The position numbers and the translations under genes are program-made. The notes beneath the pieces are model-generated. The model had not been told where the DNA came from. It made no database searches and saw nothing but the letters and a program-made list of their open reading frames with translations. A stretch of DNA of 64,000 bases, counting the filler, from Perkinsus olseni (taxonomy: Eukaryota), in the NCBI GenBank assembly GCA_013115125.1. It is 17 parts of 17 records of this genome, joined end to end, with 100 filler letters (N's around TTAATTAATTAA, not from the genome) between each part and the next. Parts side by side here need not be neighbours in the genome. Positions count along the whole stretch, not along the records: positions 23,057 to 26,755 come from JABANN010001360.1; positions 26,856 to 30,541 come from JABANN010001361.1; positions 30,642 to 34,322 come from JABANN010001362.1; positions 34,423 to 38,102 come from JABANN010001363.1; 13 more parts are not named here. One strand, 5' to 3'. Each line of letters opens with the position of its first letter. The first letter of the stretch is position 1. This document shows positions 23,601 to 36,189 of this stretch, piece by piece.

Positions 23601-24914
23601 CACTTATCATGTTCTCTGAACTAACACAACTGAAAACAAGAGACCGACTAGCTCGGTACTTGCGTGAGCAGAACGTACGCCAATTACGGCTCTGCGATTG
23701 TACTACAGACTGGAGGACGACAGCAGATGAAGCGCTGCTCCATGCAATAGCGACTAGATGAGCCACAACTGCCAGAACGACTTCCCAAGATAGGGCCGGG
23801 ATAGAGACGCGGACTGCCTGCGTTTCTCCATTCCAACCAGGGCGGAAATGAGCATCCGATGGCACGTCGGTGGACTCTACGAATGTCGAGTACACCAGAC
23901 AACTAACAGGCTCCGTTGGATCCATGGAGGGCTAGTTAAGAATTTACTCATCCGTCGCGACTTCCGTCTCGTCTCCTGTAGCGTCGCACATCCGTTGGAG
24001 GAGTGCCTCGTGTTGTATTTACGGCGTGGTGAGAATGTCACAGCGGGAGAAGGCGCATTGGGTTCTTCCGTAGATATGAACCAAGGATTAGGGGTTTTAC
24101 TTGTCTATTGATGATTAGGATGATGAAAGGGTTTAGAAAGAGGCCAGCCGTATTTCCCACCGTAGATGCAACACAACTAGCAGATGGTCCACGGGAGGGA
24201 TTGACAGTTTGACATGAGAACATGCTGGGACATAAATTGCACCCTCATCTCCATTCACTCATTAATATCATGGAGAGGGTACTTGTATAGCAGGACATGG
24301 CCTAGACGGTGTACTGAAAATATGAAGAAGATGGTGCCACAAGCTTGTTGGTTTTTATATGCTAGCATCACGAGCAAGAACGGTGATGAAGAAAGAAATC
24401 TCGTTTGTCGATAGCTCAGGTTAATCCCTGGCTGTGAATTCTTCCATCAATCTTACCAGTAACGTAAGTGAAGTTGTGCCGGTAGTAGAGTCTCGCTGCG
24501 ACAGCGTTCCTCGGATCTACATCGAGGTATGCCGCAATTACTGTTGGCCAGTTAACACGTATCTGAAAGAGACAGAGTGCATTTTGTGGGGTGGGGCGTC
24601 CATTCCCAGAAAGATGATGCGGGCAAGGCTTACATCTTTGAGGGCCTTAGGAAGCATCGCTGACCCTATCCGCCTATTATGCAGATCGGGGTCTACGCTG
24701 TCATTCCCGGTCTGACGGAGAAAACTCCTGTACGAACAGTTCAGGCGACCGACGTAACATACGACAGGGGCTTCGCAAGGTGCATCACTAATGTTCGGAA
24801 ATACATCGTCCTACAGCTGGGCTCGGATATATGAAGGACATATCCTTTTTGCTCTTGATTCCACATATGCCACGACCGCCTAAAAACATCAGCGGTTGCC
24901 GCATGCGCATCCCC

Positions 24915-25199
24915 TCATGCGTGAAGCGGGCTCACAACTCCATGATCAGCACTCGGATCCACCGCCACGAACGTTCGAACATCGGGCGATTCTATCATCT
25001 CTTCTTCAAACATCATGTCTCCAGGCTTCCAATGTCTGCATTCGAGCTTGGAGGCAATGTCGTTATTCAGCTTCTCTTCGAGAGCAGATCCACCAGAATG
25101 GTTTCGTTGGCCTGCCTGTGGTAGTGCACTCCCGCCCGTCACGTAGACGGAGGAGATGTGGCCGATGATCATCACTATATCGAAGGCATGCAGAAACAT
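24915..25199 (-). CDS. exon of unknown lineage-specific gene family, copy 2
   Basis: LECRHWKPGDMMFEEEMIESPDVRTFVAVDPSADHG. Confidence 0.4.
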   Translation of the reverse strand: MFLHAFDIVMIIGHISSVYVTGGSALPQAGQRNHSGGSALEEKLNNDIASKLECRHWKPGDMMFEEEMIESPDVRTFVAVDPSADHGVVSPLHA

Positions 25200-26855
25200 A
25201 ACTGGAAATAGGAGATTGATAAGCTCAGTACATGAAGCACCGTTGGATCAATACATCCATTCCGATGTATTGATAATACTATAATAGTGTTATCAATGAT
25301 TCCGTCTACGATGCGTCGAATCAATACGTTTTGTCACGAGAGAGGTAAGCTCATCCGCTCCGGACAGAGGACGAGCTATTCACCCTGTTGAACGCAGCAC
25401 ACCTCTCTCCGTCTTAATGATTGCACTGCACACTTGAGACGAGGCTGATCATATGTCGTTGATGAGCGTAGCGCCTACCCGCCTTCCGAGCTGCTAGGGG
25501 CAGAGAAGCCGATTGACCATTGCGAGACCGAGCAAAGATGGGAAAGAACCCACTTCGACCCAAGTTCAGCATATCCACGAGAGAAAGCGAGGTGAAGGAA
25601 ATTAGCACTGGTGAGCGGCGCGCAGCGATCCGACAAGAAACGATCGCCCCACAACGAAGGAGTTGATAGTTCCTATCTGTCCCGAGAACCTCTCTACGAT
25701 GTGACCTGATGACGTCATTCCCACTCACTGATGCATTCACGACGAACAGATAGGTTACAAACGAAACAAGGAGCAGCAACAACAGAATGAAACTGACGAC
25801 AATTAGGCGATCGTCTAACGACCCGCGATCCTCGAATCCACAAGCTGTAGAAATCGGATGGGATGAGATAGCTTCACCCGAAAGACAGCAAGAGCGGATA
25901 AATAAGATGCTTCGCAGAACCGTAGAGAAACCGCTACGTACAGGCATTGAAGCAGCTTCAAGCAACGGACAACTTACCTCAGTAAATCGCCATCGTATCT
26001 AATCTTACATGATACGTCTCGCGACACAAAATCATGTGGTTGAGACAGAAATTTCGGTGTTACTGACATCGTCGAATAAAAGGCGCCGTGCGACCAATAC
26101 CAGAACGCCTCCCGCTGTCCCGAAGGACATGAGAAGGCTAATACTTACAGGACAATACATCCTTTCATGAAAAGACTCTTGAGATTCAATCGCCCAACGA
26201 GAACAGCCACACCATCATACAGCCAACGAAATGAGATACTCATAATGAGAACCATACCGTAAACAGTCTATAACGAAGGACTGTGGTGGACAATCGAGAA
26301 CTGAAGAACATTATACAAGTCTAGTTGCTGCTTTCAGCGAGAACGGAACATCGGAACACACACTGCTTAGACATGGTGTGTACTCCGGGAAAACCCGATA
26401 TCGCACTGGATTGATTCTGGCAACACTTCAAATAGCCATATGGCTCTCAAGGACTCTCAGGACCTCTGAGCGATCTGAAACAACATCTTCACGCTGGCGA
26501 TGACAACAAGCGCGGCTTACTGGCAGCAGCATACTTCGCGCTGGGCTTCTTCGGCTTTAGGGAACCCAAGAATTTCTCGAGATCCTCACTAGCTCCCAGG
26601 TTAACAGAATTGAACTTAGTGGAGGCTTCCACTCTGTAACAATCGGTGATCATCGACATGATAAGTACGAGTATCACAAGCACGCGCGCACGGTGGTACC
26701 AAAATTCAAAGTGCCCCGAGAGAAAAAGCCATTGAAGGGCATCACTTTAAATGTCNNNNNNNNNNNNNNNNNNNNNNNNNNNNNNNNNNNNNNNNNNNNT
26801 TAATTAATTAANNNNNNNNNNNNNNNNNNNNNNNNNNNNNNNNNNNNNNNNNNNN

Positions 26856-28528
26856 CCTTTCGCAACTACGAGTCGGCTCGGGCGTTGCCCGGGGAAGTGA
26901 AAAGAGAATTGGAGAGATCCGTAGAGCGTGGACACATGGTGAAGTTGGCGGAGGGTGAGGAACCTCCACCGGGAGCGATTATTAGTAAAATTGCCTTGGT
27001 GGAAAAGCCAAATAGGATCCCTCGAGCCTTTAGACTGATAAATGATATGCGACGTAGTGGACTGAATGATCTGGTGACTTCTCAGGGGAACCTGACCGAA
27101 ACTGTGGCCCTGCCGGGATTGCGATCGGTAGGACAGTTGCTGCGCTGCGCCCTTGAGAGCTACGGCGATAGTGTCAGGATCATCGAGGTGGACGCCAAAG
27201 ATGCCTTTAGGCACCTCAGCGTGGCGAGGGAGGATGTTGAGTTTTTGTTTGTGGCAATCGAACGAAACGGATGTGAGGGGAGAGACCAATCGAACGAGAC
27301 GGGGCAGAAGTTCGACTACTACTACCATGTAAGGCTCCCATTTGGACTCGTTTCGAGTCCGTGCCTCTGGGTACGCGCGTATAGTTTGTGCCACAGGATC
27401 ATGCGAGCGATACTCTCCCTCTTATGCGTGTTATATGTTGATGATGGGTCGTGGGCGTCTTGCGACGCAACGTGCCTCAAAGATTTCCTGGCAGTGATAG
27501 TATTGTCCAAGGTGATGGGGGTGCTACTGGAATTAGCAAAGGCCAGAGTGTCGAATTCTCCGAGAACGTTAGGTTTTCAGTGGGATCTGCACACGGGCAA
27601 GCTGTCGATTCCGGATGAGAAGTTGGAGCTGATAGGAGGCCAAGGCGATTATGTCTTGCGTAAAGCGGGAGCAGGCCAAGCTGTGGAGTTAAACGTGGTT
27701 GAATCTCTCCTAGGCCGCCTGACGTGGGCCACACAATGCTTCACGAGATATCGCTGTCACCTGGCTCCTATATTTGCATGGTTGAAGGCAGTGAAACGTA
27801 AGAGGAATGCCGTGTCGAAAGCTCCCATTCGTTCGGCTTTTCTAGGTTCGAATGTCTGCGACAAGATACGTCTTTTGCTGGGGCTGTTGAGGAGCGAGCA
27901 GGTGCGGGCGTTCTCATTGCCTGAGATTATCGGGCGTTCAGTCGATGCAGATTGGGCGGCTTCGAGGTCTACAATTATTACAGACGCTAGCCTTGAGGGG
28001 CTCGGAGGTACGATTTGTTCAGTGAGTAACGGGCGTACTCTACGCCTGTGGTTCGCGCTGAATTTCAGACAATCTAGCGACACGGCACTTCGAAAGTTGA
28101 TGGGAGACACGTTTGTCTCAGGGGATATTTCGAGGCTGGAACTCTTTGCGATAGTGTTGGGTTTGCTCATTGTGGGCGAGATCCAAGGCGAGTCAGAGGG
28201 TGAATGCACTATCCTAAGCGATAATACGGCGGCGATACATGTAGTAAATAAAGGCTCAAGCAGTGTCCCTCGCATGGCGGAGCTGTGGGCCAGGTTGGTT
28301 GCGTGCAGGCGTGTGGGCCGGCAAGTGCGAGCCTTCCATGTGGCGGGCGTGAGTAACGAGATTAGTGATGATTTATCTCGGGGCGTAAGGCCTCGTCAGC
28401 GAGTAGCGCGGGCCCTCGGAAGGCGTGTGCCTGTGACGAAGTTCATCGAGCGCTTGCTGGGTGCTTCTGTGGGCGAGCTACCGGTATATTTTACGGTTAG
28501 TGAGGAGGAGGAGCTCCTTGGGCCTTGA
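26856..28528 (+). CDS. DIRS-type reverse transcriptase + RNase H
   Basis: RLINDMR, DAKDAF, LPFGLVSSP, YVDD, TDAS, ISRLELFA, SDN, HVAGVSNEISDDLSR. Confidence 0.9.
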
Positions 28529-28989
28529 GCGGAGCTCTACTTGTGCGCTAGGGCAGCCTACTGCGGTCAGTACTAGTATAGCGAGTTGTTCATCGTAGTT
28601 TCTTCCTTATCCCCACGTGGTTGCGTCTGTGTTGTTTCCGGGAGTTCTGCGTGAGACCAGGTGTATATCTGGGCAGTCTGTTGGTGTTGGTTCCAGGGGC
28701 TTTCTATGGATCCGCACATCGCCGGCAAGGTTGCGCAGATGCTGGAGTCGAGATGCCCGCAGGTTTATGGGGGCGCGTCGAGTCGTTTGGAGCTGGCGGA
28801 GGCATCGGAGGCGTCTCGCGTAGACAATCCGTGTGTTGATTCGTTGCAGCAGGTTGTTTTAAGGTACAATCGGTAGCGGTACGGCCCGCTGTCAGGTCGG
28901 GGGGTGCTGTTCGAAGTTCGTTTACCCACTCTCGCCAACGAACTGGTTCCGGGTCGGAGCCATACGCTCTTCGTCCGTCTGTTCGCATT

Positions 28990-29976
28990 GTGGGGTCTAA
29001 ATCGAGAGGTATACCTGCAGTGAGCACCGACACGATGTCTATGGTCTTAGCGGCGGCTCGCGCTCCGTCCACGAATAGGAAGTACACTTGTATTGAAAGG
29101 CGCTATATGGACCTGATGGTTCGCATGAACATTCCACCGTGGCCGTTATCGGGCTACAGCTTGGTCGCGTATGTTTCGGCCTTGGTCCGTGAAGGACGGG
29201 TTAAAGCGGAAACGGTGGTCGATTATGTGGGAAAGTTGCAGTGCTCCAGCAGAAGATTTGCTGAGGATATTTCCGGTCCGGCCAAAGAGATGGTGAGGTT
29301 AGCAGTGTTGGGTGCTAATCGGATTTTGGGATGGCAAGAACCGCTGCGAGCTCGCACTTTGACCAAGTCTGAGATCCGGGTGGTGGCGTTGTCGCGCCCG
29401 CAGTCTGGGAGGCAGGCCGCTCCAGTGGTTTTCTTGGTGGGTGTGTGCGGCTTGTTGAGGTTGCGGGAGTTGGTCGAGCTTGATCGCAATAGTGTAACCT
29501 GGGTGGAACACGGTGAGCAGAAACGTCCTTATGCTATTCTTTTGATAGTCCGGGGGAAGACGGACCAACGAGCCAAAGGCCGAAAAACCGTTATAGGCTG
29601 TTGTTACGGAGGCGAGGGTCCGTGCGACGAAGTTGTCTGTCCCTACCACAGGTTGCGTGAGTGGTGGTGTGCGACAGAAGGCATGGTTGGTTCCCTTTTT
29701 GCTTCGTCTTATGAGGAGTTGGATTTGGATTTGCGGGATCTCATCCAGCGGGCCTCATCTGGTGAGGGACGCGGGACTTCCCATTCTATGAGAAGGACGG
29801 GGACTAATTTGTTGTTACATGCTGGGGTGTTGTTAACGGATTTGGTGGATCATGGAAGGTGGTCTACTCCTGCGTGTATCATGACGGCCTATGGCCGGGA
29901 TCATAGTGATAGGTTCACACGGTTTGCTTCCTTCGCCTCAGTGTTGACCGATGACCGTGTTTCGCAGGTTACGTAG
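28990..29976 (+). CDS. tyrosine recombinase
   Basis: Catalytic set R (GLLRLRE), K (KTD), HxxR (SHSMRR), HGRW, Y (TAY). Confidence 0.9.
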   Translation: MGSKSRGIPAVSTDTMSMVLAAARAPSTNRKYTCIERRYMDLMVRMNIPPWPLSGYSLVAYVSALVREGRVKAETVVDYVGKLQCSSRRFAEDISGPAKEMVRLAVLGANRILGWQEPLRARTLTKSEIRVVALSRPQSGRQAAPVVFLVGVCGLLRLRELVELDRNSVTWVEHGEQKRPYAILLIVRGKTDQRAKGRKTVIGCCYGGEGPCDEVVCPYHRLREWWCATEGMVGSLFASSYEELDLDLRDLIQRASSGEGRGTSHSMRRTGTNLLLHAGVLLTDLVDHGRWSTPACIMTAYGRDHSDRFTRFASFASVLTDDRVSQVT

Positions 29977-30730
29977 TCCTGGGTCATATATGTTGTCGTG
30001 GTGTCACCATGTTTCTGTGTGCGACTGTTTCGAGGAAGCGTTTTTCTTTAGAGAGGTGTTAGAGTAGGAAGCTGGGGGAGTAAGGGTGAATCTTTCTTTG
30101 CCCGCCTTGCCCCAGCTGAGTTGGGGTGGCAGGTTTTCTGACTGCCTGCCTTCCTCGTGTTTCCCTCTGAAGGCCAGCCGGCGCAGTTTGGGCATCCACA
30201 GATTCTCGTGATGGTTTTCTGTATTCTCTTGTGGAGAGGATAGGCGAGGTGAATGACTTTTGCGGGAGTGCTGCTTAGGTGGATCAGGTTGTGGCCGAAC
30301 GTGGTGCTATGTCCATCTGGATTTGAGGCATAGCCTTCCTGGAGTGATCGGGCTTGTATTCATGTTGGTAGGGTTTGCACGTGGGTGCCTACTGTGACTG
30401 GAAAGTCTGGGTAGTGGTTTAGTGGCCCGATAATAGTGCGTTGTAGTGTGTAGCGGCTGTGGCAGTGGCTCCCGGGTCTGCATTCGCGAATCCGGTCTCG
30501 AGGAGGTGTCGGACACCTGGTGTCCCCTCTCGCGGGTTCTGNNNNNNNNNNNNNNNNNNNNNNNNNNNNNNNNNNNNNNNNNNNNTTAATTAATTAANNN
30601 NNNNNNNNNNNNNNNNNNNNNNNNNNNNNNNNNNNNNNNNNCCACTTCAAACAGTACGGTTATCTATGTCAAACTCAAACCAGAGCAGTGTTCTCACTGG
30701 GCAGACTACTAACACATCTCCGCAACTGGA

Positions 30731-33700
30731 ATGGTTTTCGACTTGGACACTGAGGTCAACGTCCCTCTGATCCTAAACCCTGGCTCCATATGCCAACGTC
30801 TAATAAGGGTTTGGTGCTATGTTGGTACTCAGCCTGCCCCAGCTATCCTACTCGGTGCCAGCACGATGACCAACATGAAGGCAGTGATCAACCTTAGTAC
30901 CCACACAGTCCACTGCGAGGCATTGACGGACGCCAAGGGCAACCCCTACCAGGTCAAGCTGCTCCCCCGGCTCGAACCTAATGGCCCACGTCCTCTGGCG
31001 CAGCTGAGTTCCGACGGTGATGATATCGAGTCCTTCCTCGCGTCACTCTCTGATGATGAGCTGGATGAGTGGCATGAAGCCAGAGCGGCTACACTCCCGG
31101 ACTTCCGGCTGTCTTTCCCCTTGAAAGACATGGTCCCGTCGACGCTGTCAACTACGCGAAAGTACTCCATCCCGTCTAAGCTCAAGCCGAGTCTCAATGC
31201 CAAGTTGGATCAACTTCAAGCAGGTGGGGTCATCAGAACAGTCGACAAGTGCACCATTCCCCCAGACGCCGTCATCTCTCCGGGCTTTGTCAAGGAGAAG
31301 AAGGGACAAGTCATGAAGGCTCCCGATGGCTCCGAGATCCCCAAGGTCCGGCTGCTCTGCGACTTCACCATTCTCAACTCAGTCATAGAGAGTCGCCTGG
31401 TGTGGAATACGGCCGTCGACAACATCAACGAGAACCTACACTCCATCCCTCATGACTCTAAATTCTTCTACGCCTGTGACATCACCGATGCCTACTATCA
31501 GATAGGCTTGGACTCATCGGTGTGGAGGTACACCTACTGCCGCTTTGATGATGAGTACATCTTCTGGCTACGACTACCGCAAGGTATGAGCCTTGCGGCA
31601 ATCTACTTCCCATTCGCGCTGAAATGTCAGCTGGACCTCTTGTACAAGGAGAAGGGCATCTGGCGGAAATGGTGGGTGGTCTACCTTGATGATATTCTGG
31701 GACATGCCACTACCAGACAACAAGCCACTGGGCGACTTCGGATCCTACGGTCTGCATTAAGGGCTCTTAAGCTCCCACTCTCGGACAAGGTCCCCATTGA
31801 GGTCTCTACGGAGGTGGATTGCGTCGGAGTCGCTGTCTCCCAAGCCGGTTGGTCGTTATCATCCAAGAACAGGGGCAAGCTGATTAAGGCCCTCAATGCC
31901 ACTCCCAAAACGGCAAAGCAACTGCATAGCCTCATCGGGGTGTACAACTACGGGTCTACCGGCTTCGTTACATCGAAGGCATCGGAAGTGGCCACCAACT
32001 TGGCGGTTCTGCATACTGCAGTCCACACCAAGCCCTTCAAGTGGACACCCCAGTGTCAGCACGCCCAGGACTTCCTACGTGAACACCTGGCTTCTTCCCC
32101 TCGAGCCTTCCTTGCCTTTGACGACCTTCTCACTAAATGTAAAGGAGGCCCCTATTCCCTCGCCATCACCGTTGATGCCGCTGATGTTGGGATAGGGGGG
32201 CACCTCTGGATGGTAAGACAGCCCGCTCGGGCCACGTCCATCCACGACTTGGCTAATGCGGAGATTGCTACTCTCATTTCGGCCTTCAGCCTTATCCTAG
32301 ACTCTCATCAGAAGGCGTGGCACACCTTCGAGAAGGAGTCCTTCGCTATCTACTCGGCTGTTATGCGGTGGCGAAGTCTATTGATTGGAGCTACGCGTGA
32401 TGATACGGCCGCTACGTACTCCCTGGATGAATGCTCCATCAAGATCTTCACCGACAGTACGGTAGCGGTGTCACGTGTGGGCAAGGGCTTCGACATCGAC
32501 CTTACTTCATCCAAGGTTACCCTCAAGGCAAAGCGCTTCCGGTCCTGGCAACTGGAAGTATCTGAGATGTCTTACTTACCTATCTGTGTGGTTCACTCCG
32601 ATGGGACCTCCAACTCAATCTCCGACTTCTACAGCAGGTATACTGAGTTCTTACAGGACTCAGCTCCGAGTACCGAGCACGCTGTGGTCGAGGTTGGTTC
32701 CCAACAACAGCCACTACAACTGGGTGACGAGATCAGTTCCACTCTCTTCATGGCCCCCAATGAGGACGAGGACCCCATCGACTCCGACGCAGACGACACT
32801 AGCAAGCCGGGAGAAGTGGTACATCTTTGCCTTACCCAGGGGCAAGCGGCGGTGATTGAGACGTCATACCATACCGATGAGTCCAAGTATCTCAATGTCC
32901 CTATCAGCCTGGTATGGAAGATTCTCAATGACCAAGATCATCATGAATTTGCCGATAACCTAGTCCAACGAGCCAAGGCCTGGATTGCGGGTGGCAAATT
33001 CACTAGGCGGTTGACCGAGAGTCCTCACTATGGTATGTTCACCCAAGCCACTAAACGACAACAAGACCTTCGAGATCTACCTTGGGTCCTGGTTATTCCC
33101 AGCACAGCCATATTCTACGAGGAGAACCTGATCAACCATTGCTACGACCCTCAGCAGGAGGCAACTTCAGCGAGGGACTCTCTTATGGCCTATGTCCATG
33201 ATGGCCGATGGCATCTGAAGTATGTGGCGGCATTGGAGCTACTATTCTCAATCTGTTGGTGGCCATCCATGGCAGTCGATCTCAAGGAGTACATCGAGGA
33301 CTGTGACTACTGCTCACGAACCGCCAAGCAAGCGTCCCTACCGTATCGCGGAGTCCTATCTGGCGATCAACGGTTCGACATTGTCTGCATGGACCACAAG
33401 AACTTACCCGGCCGGGCAGGATTGACCTTTACCAAGGTCCTTACCCTGACATGCCCAGCTTCTGGCTCTACCAGGTTTGTGCCTCAAAGGGTAGCCGATG
33501 CGGCCCAAACCGCCTTGGACCTTTATGTATCATGGGTAGCGCTCTGCGGGTGGCCCCGCCAAGTAGTGACAGATGGTGCATCGAACTTTTGCTCCCGTTT
33601 GTCAGAAAGACTCTACGCCTTGGGAGGCATTCGGCATAGGACGGCTTTGACCGCGGCTCCTACTGGTAATGCCGTAGTTGAGAGACGGCACAAGATCCTG

Positions 33701-34255
33701 GGTGAAGTCCTCAACTGGTATGACTCAACTTGTGGCATCCAGACCGACGACGACGTTCGTATGGCCTTAGCTGCTGCGGAACAACGCATTAACCATGTGC
33801 CCGATAGCAAGGGAACTACGGTCTATGCGCGAATGTTTGGTATCCCTCCCAACTGGGGCCCTCTTCAACGTCCTACTCGACTGGAGAATAACCAACAGCC
33901 ACCTAACGACGACGATCTCATCAAGGCGATAAATGACATCACCAACCACCTCACCAAGGATTTCAACCTCAGGAGAGACGCTAAGGCTAAGCAGAACGAG
34001 CTAAGGGTCTGCAACGTCACCGATGATACCAAGTACAACAATAACCGCCTAAGTTCTGCTAGCATTGGTGACAAGGTATGGATTCAAGCCAACCAACAAG
34101 CGGCCATCACCAACATCTACTATGACTCTCAAGGCAGAGCGAGGGCGATTGAGGCAGGTGGCTCCTTGTGGAACCCTAGGGATATTTCCCTGGTGCGGCG
34201 AGACTTGATCAACTCCATCCCTGCGGCTCCAATGTTCAGAAGTGACTCCATCTAG
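30731..34255 (+). mobile_element. Ty3/Gypsy pol (protease C-terminus, RT, RNase H, integrase), uninterrupted
   Basis: DITDAYYQI, LPQG, YLDD, DAA...EKE...TDS...N.ISD, H..H/CDYC zinc finger, D-D-E (MDH, TDG, VER). Confidence 0.92.
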
Positions 34256-34422
34256 CAACACTCGCAGCTGAGCTGCTAGAAGTGTAACACAAGATCCGGA
34301 GATATTGGGCTGCGATGGAGAGNNNNNNNNNNNNNNNNNNNNNNNNNNNNNNNNNNNNNNNNNNNNTTAATTAATTAANNNNNNNNNNNNNNNNNNNNNN
34401 NNNNNNNNNNNNNNNNNNNNNN

Positions 34423-34497
<75 letters not shown>

Positions 34498-34499
<2 letters not shown>

Positions 34500-34598
34500 G
34501 TACAGGTACTTGAGCCACATTGATCAAAGTTATAATTTCGAGATTCAACTTCATGGAGGTGTACCAATAACAGCTAAATGGCGTGAATTGAGGTTAGT

Positions 34599-34636
<38 letters not shown>

Positions 34637-34682
34637 ACCCAATACAACCCGCTGATCACAACACCAACACCACCACCAGCTG

Positions 34683-34723
<41 letters not shown>

Positions 34724-35990
34724 GGACACTTTTTCTATCAGTTATAGCGATATAAAAATCGTCCACTATTCGGGTGGTGAAATACAATCAGCTTCATATT
34801 CACAATCATTCCTAGGTAGACAAGATAAATATATAGCGAGAAAGGTAGTAGTAGGTAGCGGCGACGGCGGCTGCGGTGGCGGCTTCTGCCACTACTACTA
34901 GTACTTGTTGTTTTTGTTTTTGTTATTTTAGTTATATAATAGACTACCATGCGAAGTACAGGACTTGGCCTATCAGCGTGCTCAAGCAGCATGGGGTGAT
35001 TTCAATATTAATCTGGCAGAGGCTGCTATTACTGTTAGAGATAATCTCAAGTAGTATACAGATGATGGCGATCATATATCGTACTGTTATCATCATCTTT
35101 AGGGACAATCATCATCATCATCATCATCATCAACTTTTGAATAATAATACGATGGTGCATGGATACTACGAGACCTTCATCGAAAGGAGTGGTATGAGGG
35201 GATTATTATATTGGGGAGATGTCACAGGCGATGCTGCTGCTACATCGCCTACCATTCATAGTGATGATGATGATGATGAATGGTATGCTGGTGATGATGC
35301 TGATGATGATGACGGTAGTAGTGTGAATGGGCAAGACCAGCAGCAGATGATGATGGTGATAGAGTACATTTGATTATTCCACTCACAGATGTTGATAGTA
35401 TTATTCAAATTGGAGTATCATATAGAGATCATCATAACGATGAGTGGGTGTTGGTGAAGATACTCCCTAAGGATGGATATGCGTGTCTCTTCCTAACTCG
35501 ACGACCACGTGCCAACTCTGGTGGTGAGCGGCGGCAACGGAAGTGAGTCTTCATCGACATCCCTAGTTATCAAGAATTCTCTTTTAATCTTAGACAAAGT
35601 TTACTCTCGTTTAATGTGGCTAGAAGACGTCTACTGCAAGAAAAACAACAACCAGATGAGGGTCAATGATTATGCTTCTTTAAGTGATGTCTTCTCCACT
35701 AACGTTTCTCAACAGCGACATCTTTCGTCATTTCAATAGATCACTGGTGGACTCCCGATAATTCAACTCCTACATTGCGGGAAGCAATACAGAAAATGGC
35801 GTTCACTTCTTGTCAACAACAATAATAGATATTATCATCTACAACAGAACAATGAAGAAATGATATAACTAATTGGGTGGTGATGATGATGATGATAATC
35901 CAACACAGGGAGGAAGTTGGATATAACAAATCAGGTCTACAAGATGTTGACGTGGTTTGTGTAGACTTAGAAAGGAGAGGAAGTGACAGA
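34498..35990 (+). CDS. partial multi-exon gene, possibly a GT8-like glycosyltransferase C-terminal half
   Basis: LSHIDQSYNF and IKIVHYSG resemble GT8/glycogenin YN and H.G motifs; GT-AG introns with microsatellites; extent approximate. Confidence 0.3.
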
Positions 35991-36102
35991 AGTAGTAGGA
36001 AGAATTACCGTCACAATAACCGATCACCTTATTAATAATCATTATCGTAGTTAATGATGTATATTCATCATTACCAACTACACCTTCATATGACCGTTGT
36101 AG

Positions 36103-36145
<43 letters not shown>

Positions 36146-36189
36146 CGTCGTTGCTGCTGCTGCTGGTGGTACTTTCCACTACCCCGTCA

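Larger units (their letters stand above)
26856..30541 (+). mobile_element. DIRS/Ngaro-type tyrosine-recombinase retrotransposon, 5'-truncated
   Basis: RT-RNase H ORF followed by a tyrosine recombinase ORF; no DDE integrase. Confidence 0.88.
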
